A stretch of DNA of 56,234 nt, filler included, from Malassezia furfur (taxonomy: Eukaryota), in the NCBI GenBank assembly GCA_052055015.1. It is 2 parts of 2 records of this genome, joined end to end, with 100 filler letters (N's around TTAATTAATTAA, not from the genome) between each part and the next. Parts side by side here need not be neighbours in the genome. Positions count along the whole stretch, not along the records: positions 1 to 28,114 come from JBQJIT010000112.1; 1 more part is not named here. One strand, given 5' to 3'. This document shows positions 9,745 through 20,064 of the stretch, one piece after another. The notes beneath the pieces were generated by a model. It was given only the letters and a program-made list of their open reading frames with translations. It was not told the origin of the DNA and did not search any database. Numbering within the stretch: position 1 is the first letter of the stretch; the number at the start of each line of letters is the position of its first letter. The position numbers and the translations under genes were made by a program.

Positions 9745-12158
9745 ATGACAGGCTCTTGGCAGGCGTCGGTGCGTGACCAGGGTGTGGTACGTGCGCACAC
9801 TGACACAGGCGCCCTACCATCCGGATCCACACTACCGCGTGTTTCGCAATGTACGTGAGTTTGGCGCTATAGGCGGCGGCATAAAGGACGACACGGATGC
9901 GATCAACCGCGCCATCGCGGACGGCGCGCGGTGCGGTGCGGGGGCGGACAGCTGTACCACGGCACCGGCCCTGGTGTATATCCCGCCCGGCACCTACCGC
10001 TTGTCCAGACCGATTGTATCGTTTTACAATACACATATTCTTGGCGACGCAGCTGCGCGCCCCGTGCTCAAGGCGCTCCCGCACTTTGAAGGGATCGCGA
10101 TGATCGACGAGAATCCCTACCATCCGGGGGGGAAGAACTGGTACATTCCCCAGAACAACTTTTTCCGCTCAGTGGCGAACCTCGTGCTGGACCTCACTGA
10201 CATGCCACCGTCGTCTGGCACCGGCATTCACCACCAGGTCAGCCAGTCCACCGGACTCACCAACGTGCACTTTGAAATGGTGCGCGGCGCTGAGTCGAGG
10301 CAGCAGGGCATATTTATGGAGAATGCCAGCGGAGGGTTCATGTCCGACCTGTCGTTTTCGGGCGGGCGGTATGGCGCATGGCTCGGCAACCAGCAGTTCA
10401 CCGTACGGAACGCGCGCTTCGCTCACTGCCACACGGCCATCTGCCAGTATTGGAACTGGGCATGGACATACATGGACATCCACGTCGAGGACTGCCAGAT
10501 TGCGATGGAGATGCACGGCATGCACCCCGACCGGCAGGGCGTCGGTGCGCTCCTCCTCTTTGACTGGTACATCCACAACACGCCTGTCGGCGTCTGGCTC
10601 GAAGACGCCCAGACGGGGCACCTCACACTCGACCACGTCCGTGTACGAAATGTACCAGCGATTGTACAAGACAGTCACGGGTCGACCCTTCTTGCCCCGC
10701 CGGATGGTAGCACGGACTATTCGGTGCCGCTCTGGATCAAGGCGCCGGCTCCATCTGACGCAGCGCCTTTGCCAGGCATGGAGCGCCGCGGCTCGCTGTT
10801 TGTGGGAACGCCCACAGTCCGTCCGCATCGGCCGTCGTGCCTAGTGGATGCGCAGGGAAGATGGTTCGGCCGCGAAAAGCCCCAATGTACGCTGCATACT
10901 GACGCAGTCCCAGACGCCAGCAACCGCGACATAGTCAGCGTGCGCGATTTTGGCGCGACAGGCGACGGAGCCACGGACGATCACGCAACATTGCAATCTG
11001 CACTCGATGCAGGCGTTGGAAAAATTGTATATGGTACGCAAGGAGTCTAACACCCAGTGCCCTACGGTATCTACGTCGTCCAAGATACACTGCACGTCCC
11101 AATAGGCTCGCGGATCGTCGGCGAGGCCCAGCCGGTGATTTTGGGAAGTGGTGCGCAGTTCAACGATGCACGCCATCCTCGCCCCGTCGTCCGCGTCGGG
11201 CACCCGGGTGACGTGGGTGAACTGGTCGTATGCGACCTGATTTTTAGTACGCGGGGGCCGACCGAAGGCGCCATCGTCGTCGAATGGAACGTGCGCGAAT
11301 CACATCAGGGTGCCGTCGCCATGTTTGATGCCCACATCCGCATCGGCGGCACGACAGGTACCAACCTGGAAACCGACACCTGCGAAAAACACAAGCAGCT
11401 AGATGCGTTGCCCCGCGCCAGCTTCCTCAACCTGCATGTGACACCCAAAGCAAGCGGCTATTTCCAAAATGTGTGGATTTGGACGGCAGACCAGTACGTT
11501 GGAAGACTCACACAGTGCGTTGGACAAAGATGCGCCCGTGCAGATCAACGTACTCAGCGCGCGTGGGGTGTTGATTGAAGCTGACCAAGGGCCGGTTTGG
11601 ATGTACGGCACAGCCAGCGAGCATGAGCTCCTGTACCAATATTCCCTCATCGGTGCCAGGAATGTGTTGCTGGCCATGATCCAAACCGAGTCGCCTTACT
11701 TCCAAGGGCGTTCGTTTGCGCCGGCATCGCTGAACGCCAGTCCGCATCCGTCCTTCCCTGATCCTGACTGTGCACGACACTACGAATGTGCCGCCAACGT
11801 GCCACTGAAGCCGTACGTGACCTCGCAAGAGGACCGTGCATTGGGGCTGCACTTGGAGCGCTGTCACTCCATTTTTGTGCTCGGCGCAGGTCTATACTCC
11901 TTTTTTGATTCGTATGCACAAGATACGCTGGCGGCCCATGCCTGCCAGCGCCGTATTTGCGTCATTGACGACGAAAAGCCAGGAACATCAAGCGATATCT
12001 GGCTCTTTCACATCGCTACGGTCGGCACCGAGGTAATTTTGACCATGGATGGGCAGGATGTGGTGCCTGAAGACACTTACCGGGAAGGATTCTGCAGCAC
12101 GCTGACCTTGGCTGCGCTCCACCCTCATGGTCAGACTGAGGGCGTCTTTCTACTGTAG
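9745..12158 (+). CDS. GH55 exo-beta-1,3-glucanase, apparently lacking a signal peptide
   Basis: Introns 9787-9808, 10887-10907, 11034-11057, 11494-11515 join three ORF-track pieces: MTGSWQASVRDQGV|APYHPDPHYRVFRNVREFGA..DDTDAIN..PGTY..QNNFFRSV..GIFMEN..NQQFT..WTADH..GTASEH..MIQTESPYFQ. Confidence 0.9.
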
Positions 12159-12331
12159 AATGCCCAAAAGCTGTTTAAAACATGCTTTTATAGCAGTTCG
12201 ATCGTTTAGACTTCTTTGCATATTGTCTACCAACATTCACGAATTCAGACGTAAAGGCAAGTGGATACTTTCTCGCGAATTTTGCTCAGGAGGAAATTTC
12301 AGCATCTCCCTTGCCTAAATGAGCGTTGTAA

Positions 12332-13030
12332 TTAGTGTTGAACCTGCGTAAAGACCTTTTTCACACAAGGAAGGTCCATGGTTTTCTGGACATACTTGGC
12401 GAGATTCGGGTAGTTGTTGAGCTCGATCCCGAGCTTCTCGCCAAACTTGGGTAGAATTCCTAGCCACGGAATTGCCGAGAAGTCGGCAACGGTCGGGTGG
12501 TCAAGGGCAATCCAGGCATTGTCTGCGCCGTGTTTGGCTGCCTGCTGCTTGAGCTGTTCTTCAAATACGCCCAGAACGCGGTTGGTCTCGTCGCGGAAAC
12601 GGTTCACAACGTTGGCGGGCGCATCCTCATTGTACTTGCTGTTCCAGTACACTTTGGAGAAGAAGAGATTTCCCTGCACCGGGCTATGTCCGGTAGCCTG
12701 GAAAAAGAGCCACTGGTTCACAATAGCCTGTTCTTCTACCGTCTTTCCGACGTATTGTAAGGTGGGGTCGTATTTGTGACCGAGGTACTGCAGGATTGCG
12801 CCCGATTCCCAAACAGTAAAGTCGTTGTTCTGGTGGTCCACAAGCGTGGGCGTGCGTCCGTTCAGGTTGAGCTTCAAGTAGTCTTCGCCCTTGACTCCCT
12901 TTTCCTTGTCGGTCGAGTTCATCGTGACCGTCTTCAAGGTATACTTCAGTCCGAGCTGTTCGAGGAAGAAGCCCACCTTCATTGGGTTGGGGCCCCAAGT
13001 CTTATCCAGTGCATACAGAGTGAAGCTCAT
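12332..13030 (-). CDS. Glutathione S-transferase, Ure2p-like class (copy 1)
   Basis: GPNPMKV, NGRTPTLVDH, VWESGAILQYL, QWLFFQ..GHSPVQGN, TVADFS. Confidence 0.93.
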   Translation of the reverse strand: MSFTLYALDKTWGPNPMKVGFFLEQLGLKYTLKTVTMNSTDKEKGVKGEDYLKLNLNGRTPTLVDHQNNDFTVWESGAILQYLGHKYDPTLQYVGKTVEEQAIVNQWLFFQATGHSPVQGNLFFSKVYWNSKYNEDAPANVVNRFRDETNRVLGVFEEQLKQQAAKHGADNAWIALDHPTVADFSAIPWLGILPKFGEKLGIELNNYPNLAKYVQKTMDLPCVKKVFTQVQH

Positions 13031-13408
13031 CTTGTGCTAGTCGTAGAGTATGCGTCTCGATGGGAGTGCGAGGATACCCGTTAAATAGGTGGCTTGACCG
13101 CCACTAAACTAATTTAGGTCGCCCTAACTCCGATGCGGGGAATATTCCATCGGGTCGTGCTCGGACATAAAGATGCGCGCTTATCGTGCTGATGAACGCG
13201 ATTGGGGAGAATGTACATAGCAGCGTTAAGGCGGCTCGACAACATTCCATTTGTCGGTTATCTGGGTCACATAGTGCTCGCGATCGTCCCAACAATTTCC
13301 AAACGGAAATTAACTCATCATCGATCTCGAGGCATTTTTGCGGTGGTGTTGGCCACGAAGATCATTTTACTATTGGTTGGTCATCACTAAAATAGAAGAT
13401 TTTATCGT

Positions 13409-14116
13409 TCAGAGGTAGGCCAAGTTGAGCTTCTCAAGCACCTTGGTCACGGATGGGAGGGCAAGGTACATCTTGACATACGTGAAGACGTGCGGGTATT
13501 GCGTCAGGTCGATCCCGAGTTTGTCACCAAACTTGGCCAAGCTGCCCAGCCACGGCATGGCAGAGAAGTCGGCGACCGTAGGGTGATCAAACACGAGCCA
13601 TGCCTTTGATCCGCCAAACTTTTCAGTCTGTTTCTTGAGCTGCGCCTCGTAGACACCGAGAACGCGGTTGGTCTCGTCCCGGAAGCGGCTCACCACATTC
13701 TCGGGCGCTTCCTCGTGGTACTTGCCCTGCCAGTACATCTTGGAGAAGTGCAGATTGCCTTGCACCGGGCTATGCCCCGTGCATTGGAAGAACAGCCATT
13801 GGTCGACGACCGCCTGTTCCTCAATCGTGTTGCCAACGTACTGACCGCTGGGGTCGTACTTCCGGCCGAGGTACTGAAGGATGGCACTTGATTCCCATAC
13901 AGTGAAGTCGTTGTTCTTGTGGTCAATGAGCGTCGGTGTGCGTCCGTTGGGACAGATCTTGAGGTAGTCTTCGCCCTTGACACCCTTCTCCTTGTCGGTC
14001 GAGTTCATCTCGAGGGTCTTGACCTCGTATTCGAGGCCAAGCTGCTCAAGGAAGAAGGCAACCTTGATGGGGTTAGGGCCCCAAATGCCGTCCAAAGCGT
14101 AGAGTGTGAAGTGCAT
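13409..14116 (-). CDS. Glutathione S-transferase, Ure2p-like class (copy 2, tandem paralog)
   Basis: Same motifs as copy 1; first ATG at 14116 (MHFTLYALDG) aligns with MSFTLYALDK of copy 1. Confidence 0.93.
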   Translation of the reverse strand: MHFTLYALDGIWGPNPIKVAFFLEQLGLEYEVKTLEMNSTDKEKGVKGEDYLKICPNGRTPTLIDHKNNDFTVWESSAILQYLGRKYDPSGQYVGNTIEEQAVVDQWLFFQCTGHSPVQGNLHFSKMYWQGKYHEEAPENVVSRFRDETNRVLGVYEAQLKKQTEKFGGSKAWLVFDHPTVADFSAMPWLGSLAKFGDKLGIDLTQYPHVFTYVKMYLALPSVTKVLEKLNLAYL

Positions 14117-14566
14117 GCTTTCTGGGTGGTGCAAACTGCCTCAGGTCGTGGGCTTAAGTATCTGTTGGCTCGACCGCGGTCCGGGCGAGTGTCACGCTGT
14201 CTCGACCGAAAATTAAGCCCGCCAGAGAGCGAATTACGCCATCTCGGACATAAGGGCTTAGTCATCCTTTGCTTCGTTTTGGCGGGTTCGTGTGCCAGGG
14301 CACTCGTGTGGGTCTGTGCACGATGGGGCAGCTGGGGTCGCTGAGAGTGGGGCGGGACCATGGTAGCCAGGTCGGTTCCTAAAAGGTATTGGGATCACGG
14401 TGTATCTTTTCTTCCATAAAACTATAGACGGTGTCTCGTATCCCTGCGCGACTCCTAGGACGTTGTGACCCTTGTCCAGAAGGCACACGCGATAGATGTT
14501 GTTGGGGGGTTGGCTCCTACGCATTATCCTTATATGCGCTAGATATACATGAAGCTACGAGGAGGT

Positions 14567-15281
14567 TCATTCCGGTTCAGGTACTAGAATTCCAATCATT
14601 GCGGGCCCAATCACTGCGTCGATGTTTACCCAGGAATGCGTGAGAACTGCGTTAGAAGTGGCATACACACAGAAAAGCCGTGTGCCATCACGTCCGGCGA
14701 TGCGCATCAGTGTCTCCTGTCCGCCAGGATGGAAACGCAAGTAGGGAGTCATATTGTACACTTTGCCCTCCAGGGCTGTCCATGCGTCCGACCGAGAACT
14801 GTGCCGTTTCAACTCAGACGGCGTGACACGGAGGAAAGAGGTAACGCCACCCTGGGTAAGCGGTAACACATACACGTAGATCCGTTGAGTTTTTGATGCG
14901 TGCCCAGTCGAGTGGACTGCAGCCTGGCTCGAGTGCCACCTTTTTCCGGCCCGGATTGTTGAGACGTGCAGACGATGTCACGGTGGGTGGCTGAAGACCG
15001 CCCGCCGGACGACGCAGGGAGTTTATGGGCGGACCGAGTTTTGGCGCAGCGAGTTTCTGTTCGCGTGACGGCGCTGTGTGCAGCGGCGTTAAGTCCGCAC
15101 GCGGCGCCGCTTGGCGTTGTGCGCTGTGGGGCGCCGGAAATGCAGGCGGCGTATCGTCGGGGAGGTCGACGCGTGGTGGTGGCATACCCCCATCATTTGT
15201 CGTGCCCTCATCCTCTGTAACTTGGGGCAAATCTTGAACTGAGAGGTGTTGTAACGCGTCCGCTGTCGCGTCGCGGTCCAT
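14567..15281 (-). CDS. Cytochrome b5 heme-binding domain protein (Irc21 / CYB5R4 N-terminal-like)
   Basis: RKKVALEPGCSPLDWA, then DAWTALEGKVYNMTPYLRFHPGG...GRDGT...HSWVN; introns 14852-14873 and 14647-14670. Confidence 0.85.
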
Positions 15282-15381
15282 TCGCGGCGTTTGCAGGCTG
15301 GCTGGCGCCAAGACGGACGTGTGGAGATGACCCACGTGCGATCTCCAGAAGATCTTTTCTTCTCTACCCTGCACTACTACC

Positions 15382-16370
15382 ATGACGACTACACCGTTTC
15401 GTTACATGAAATCCAAGACGGCGGCGCTGATCAGCTTCCCGTTCAGCGGTGGCCAGCCGCGCAAGGGTGTTGAGCTTGGTCCTGAGGCGCTCCTCAAGGC
15501 TGAGCTGCCCAAGCAGCTCGAGAGCCTTGGCTGGAAGGCCGATCTGAACCAGTCGATCGACTGGAAGATGGTCAACGACATGCTCCAGGACGACCCGGAC
15601 ATTGGCACGCTCAAGAACCCGCGCTCTGTGTCGAAGGCGAGCGAGCTCCTCGCCGATGCGGTCGAGAAGAGCGCGCGTGCCGGCGAGCTGCCGCTCGTTC
15701 TGGGCGGTGACCACAGCCTGGGCACCGGCTCGATGATCGGTCTGAACCGCGTGTACCCCGACGTCGCGACGATCTGGGTGGATGCGCATGCGGACATCAA
15801 CACGGCCAAGACGACGCCGTCGGGCAACCTGCACGGCTGCCCCGTGTCGTTTGCGCTCGGCCTCGAGGGTTCGTACGTGGAGCCGTTCAAGAGCTGGCTG
15901 CCGAACCCGCCGATCGCGAGCCCCAACCGCCTGGTGTTTATTGGTCTGCGTGACGTCGATGAGGGCGAGCGCAAGATCCTCAAGGAGCACAACATCAAGG
16001 TGTTCTCGATGCACCACATCGACAAGTACGGCATCGGCAAGGTCGTCGAGATGGCTCTCGACCACGTCAACAATGGCACGAGCCGCCGCGACCGCCCTAT
16101 CCACCTGTCCTTTGACGTGGACGCGATGGACCCGAGTGTCGCGCCGAGCACCGGCACGCCGGTCCGGGGTGGTCTTACATTCCGCGAGGGCCACTACATC
16201 TGCGAGGCGATCCACGAGACGGGCTCCGTCGTGGGCATGGACCGTACGTATTTCTTACTCACGCAGTCGTCGAGGTCAACCCTCTGCTCGAGACCGAGGC
16301 CGCCGCGCAGACCATTGCGGTGGGCTGCTCGCTGATCCGCTCGACGCTCGGCGAATCGCTGCTGGACTAA
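15382..16370 (+). CDS. CAR1: Arginase
   Basis: GGDHS, WVDAHADINT, SGNLHGCP, SFDVDAMDP, TGTPVRGGLTFREG; 23-nt intron 16244-16266 restores MDLVEVNP and a stop at 16368-16370. Confidence 0.95.
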
Positions 16371-16387
16371 ACTTGGGTATATATAGA

Positions 16388-17077
16388 CTAACTGGAAGGG
16401 CGCTCGTTCCGCACCGCGCCCTGGGCGACAGCGTGCATCGAGACGCCGGGCGGGGCGACTTCTGTCTTGAGCACCCGCCGCGCCTTGGCCTTGGGCTTGG
16501 GCGCTTTGGTGTTCTCGGTGAGGTAGAACTGCCGCAGAATCAAAATAGCTTCTTCGCGAAGGTAGCCGCCGTCGGATCGGTACGGCGGGCTGAGGGGTAG
16601 ATACGGCGTCGATTGGATGGGCAGCACAGTGCCGTTCCCACCAAAGCGCTCGTTTCCTGCGCCAAACACCACACGCCCAATACCAATCTGGCGCAGCGCC
16701 GAGGCGCACATCAGGCACGGCTCGATGGTGACGTAGAGCGTCGTGCGGAGCAGCGGGTTGTCGCCCGGCGGCCCTTCGTGTGGTTTGCGGCCGAACTCTG
16801 GGTTTTTCGGAGGCTGCTGCGATAGGATGTAGTCAATTGCCTCGAGCTCGGCGTGTCGCGTCGCCTGCGTGAGTGGAGCACGTACGTTGAGCAACTCGTT
16901 GGTACGGTTGCGACCGCGCGCGATGACGCGGCCATCCTGCACAAACACGCAGCCGACCGGCACTTCCTCATGGTCCATTGCCTCCTGTGCCATGTCGAGG
17001 GCCATGCGCATGTACCGCACGTCCTCCTCGGACTGGTCCTGCGGCGCGACGTAGGTTGCGCAGCCGACCGTCGCCAT
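16388..17077 (-). CDS. TAD2: tRNA-specific adenosine-34 deaminase catalytic subunit
   Basis: EVPVGCVFV, ATRHAE, LYVTIEPCLMCA, VFGAGNERFGGNG; in-frame 21-nt intron 16865-16885. Confidence 0.92.
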   Translation of the reverse strand: MATVGCATYVAPQDQSEEDVRYMRMALDMAQEAMDHEEVPVGCVFVQDGRVIARGRNRTNELLNVRAPLTQATRHAELEAIDYILSQQPPKNPEFGRKPHEGPPGDNPLLRTTLYVTIEPCLMCASALRQIGIGRVVFGAGNERFGGNGTVLPIQSTPYLPLSPPYRSDGGYLREEAILILRQFYLTENTKAPKPKAKARRVLKTEVAPPGVSMHAVAQGAVRNERPSS

Positions 17078-17124
17078 CGTTGACCTCCACACCCTCCGCG
17101 CCGCCTTTTTTTTTTTGAGCCGCG

Positions 17125-19445
17125 ATGAACGCCTCCATCACAGGCGCATGGGCGAAGCAACGGACGCAGATCTCCCTCAATTCACCAACACCGACGCCGC
17201 CGCCGGGCTCCGCAGCTGCCGCGGCCGCGGCGCGTGCCAAGGCCGGTGATACCGCCGACGCCGAGGCAGGGCCTTCGCGCTCCGAGAAGCCGTCGAAGCG
17301 CAAGTCGCGCACGTCGCGCACCGATGCAAGCAAGCGGGGGCGCACGGCGCGAAGCAACGCGCGCGTCGCGGAGGAGTTTGAGGCGCCAACGACGCGCCTG
17401 CGTGATATCGGCGGTGCATCGGCCGCGATCGAAAAGGCGCTCGAGCTGATTGCGATGCCGCTGTGCCACCCGGAAATCTACCTGCATACCGGCGTGACGC
17501 CGCCGCGCGGCGTGCTCTTCCACGGCCCACCAGGGTGCGGCAAGACGATGATGGCTGGGGCACTGGCAGGTGTACGTTACACCACTGACCACAGGAGCTG
17601 GGCGTCCCCTTTTTGTCGGTGAGCGCACCATCGATCGTGTCCGGCACGTCGGGCGAGTCGGAAAAGTCGCTGCGCGACACGTTTGAGGAGGCCAAGAAGA
17701 TTGCGCCGTGCATTCTATTCATTGACGAGATCGATGCCATCACGCCGAAGCGCGAGACGGCGCAGCGCGAGATGGAGCGGCGCATCGTCGCCCAGCTGCT
17801 CACCTGTATGGATGGCCTCGACTGGGAAAAGAGCACCGACGGGCGGCCGGTCATGGTGCTGGGCGCGACGAACCGGCCCGACTCGCTCGACCCCGCACTG
17901 CGCCGCGCGGGGCGCTTTGACCACGAGATTGCGATGGGCGTGCCCAATGAGCAGGGGCGCGAGCAGATTCTGCAGGTGCTCTGCTCCAAGCTGCGCGTCG
18001 CTGGCGACTTTGACCTGCGCTACCTCGCGAAACGCACACCGGGCTACGTCGGCGCGGACCTCACTTCGCTCACGGCCGCCGCGGGGATCATTGCAGTGAA
18101 GCGCATCTTCCAGGATCTGGCGAATGCCGACACGGCGATGCAGTGCGACGCAGACGAGGGCGACAAGGCGCCGGAAAGCGCGGCTGCGGACGGCGCCACC
18201 GAGGCGCCCGTAGACGGCGCCGCCGAGACGCCCGCCGCCGACCCAGCCTCGGTCGTGGACGGCACAGCGTCGCCGGCGGCCGCCGCCGACGGCGCCGAGG
18301 GCGCTGCGCCGGTGGACGTCCGCGAGGCGTTTGCGGCGCCCACCAAGGCGGTCATCGCGAGCGCCGACTTCTTCGAGGCGCTGCCCGAGAGCGTGCGGCA
18401 CTCGTCGATCGCCGCGTTCCTCGAGCGCTTCCCCGACCCGCTGCCCGAGGCGGAGCTGGCGCGCCTCGCGATCACGAACCAAGACTTTCTCGACGCCCTG
18501 GCGACGGTGCAGCCCTCGTCGAAGCGCGAGGGCTTTGCGACGGTGCCGGGCGTGACGTGGGAGGACATCGGCGCACTGCACCAGATCCGCGAGGAGCTGA
18601 GCATGGCCGTCGTGCAGCCGATCCGCCGGCCGGAGCTGTTCGAGGCGCTCGGCGTGCACGCGAGCTCGGGCGTGCTGCTGTGGGGCCCGCCGGGGTGCGG
18701 CAAGACGCTGCTGGCCAAGGCGGTCGCGAACGAGAGCCGCGCCAACTTTATCAGCGTCAAGGGCCCCGAGCTGCTGAACAAGTATGTGGGCGAGAGCGAG
18801 AAGGCGGTGCGCCAGGTGTTTGCGCGCGCACGCGCCTCGTCGCCGTGCGTCATCTTCTTCGACGAGCTCGATGCGCTCGTGCCGCGGCGTGACGACTCGC
18901 TGTCCGAGTCGTCGGCGCGCGTCGTCAACACGCTGCTCACCGAGCTCGACGGGCTCGAGGCGCGTGTGCAGACCTATGTGATCGCCGCGACGAACCGGCC
19001 GGACATGATCGACCCGGCGATGTGCCGCCCCGGGCGCCTCGACAAGCTGCTGTACGTCGACCTGCCCACCGCCGCCGAGCGCCTCGACATCCTGCGCACG
19101 CTCACGAAGAAGACGCCGCTCGCGGTGGTGCCGGATGAGCACACGGGCCACGCCCCCGTGCAGCTCGACGCGATCGCGCATGACGTGCGCGCCGAGGGGT
19201 ACAGCGGTGCGGACCTGGCGGCGCTCGTGCGCGAGGCGGCGGTGACGGCGCTGCGCGAGACGATCGTGTCGCCGATGCAGTACGGCGACGACGTGCCGGT
19301 GCCCACGGTGCGCCCGTGCATCTTCCAGCACCACTTCCTCGCGGCGTTCGACCGCGTGCTGCCGAGTGTGAGCCGCGAGCAGCGGCGCAAGTACGAGGCG
19401 CTGCGCGGCCGCCTCGCGGCGGGCGGCGCCGTGCGGGGGACATAG
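17125..19445 (+). CDS. RIX7: Type II AAA-ATPase for 60S ribosome biogenesis (Rix7/NVL)
   Basis: Two GPPGCGKT Walker A motifs, AQREMERRIVAQLL, VQPSSKREGFATVP, ESRANFISVKGPELLNKYVGESE; 23-nt intron 17572-17594 joins two ORFs (ALAG|ELGVPF). Confidence 0.93.
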
Positions 19446-19500
19446 ATCGGGCGACCTAGTAGGATGCCGCCAACACGCACGTAGCCCGCCGCCGACCACC

Positions 19501-20061
19501 ATGCCGGCGTACCACTCGACGTACAACGACGAGCCGAACGTGCGGCAGCTTGCCTCGATCTCGGTGCTCCCGCTGCACACGCGCAGCCGCGGGCCTGCGC
19601 CGCCGCCTGGTACGTGGCGTGCTGACCCAGTCGACCCATCGCGGCCCGACATTGTCGACGAGGCGATCGACCTGTTCCGGGCCAACTCGCTCTTCCGCAA
19701 CTTTGAGATCAAGGGCGGCGCGGACCGCCTGCTGATCTACCTGATCCTGTTCATCTCGGACTGCCTCACGCGCATCGCCGCGTCGAACCCGACGTGGACG
19801 AAGCACGAGGCGCTCAAGCAGCTCTCGTCGCACGCCGTCGACCACTTTGCGCTGCCCGGCGACGCCAACTTCCCCCTCAGCTCGCTGTACGCGGCGCCCG
19901 CGAGCCGCGCCGACGCCGACGCCCTGCGCCAGTACATCACGCAGGTGCGCCAGGAGCTCGTCGTGCGCCTCGTCGAAAAGGTGTACGGCAGCAGCGACAC
20001 ACCGTCGCGCTGGTGGCTCGCATTCACCAAGCGCAAGTTTATGGGGAAGAGCTTGTCGTGA
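19501..20061 (+). CDS. ARC18: Arp2/3 complex 21-kDa subunit (ARPC3)
   Basis: MPAYHS, RGPAP, DIVDEAIDLFRANSLFRNFEIKGGADRLLIY, WWLAFTKRKFMGKSL; in-frame 21-nt intron 19610-19630. Confidence 0.95.
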   Translation: MPAYHSTYNDEPNVRQLASISVLPLHTRSRGPAPPPGTWRADPVDPSRPDIVDEAIDLFRANSLFRNFEIKGGADRLLIYLILFISDCLTRIAASNPTWTKHEALKQLSSHAVDHFALPGDANFPLSSLYAAPASRADADALRQYITQVRQELVVRLVEKVYGSSDTPSRWWLAFTKRKFMGKSLS

Positions 20062-20064
20062 TAT

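Noticed and set aside
9773..9830. Apparent head-to-head CDS overlap of PhoD and GH55
   Set aside because: Disappears with starts at 9665 and 9745 and the 22-nt intron.
9745..12158. GH55 (also MRM2, RIX7, PEX7, YTP1, RIC8, UBA1) as frameshifted pseudogenes or programmed frameshifts
   Set aside because: Every break coincides with a GT..branch..AG mini-intron whose removal restores frame and motif.
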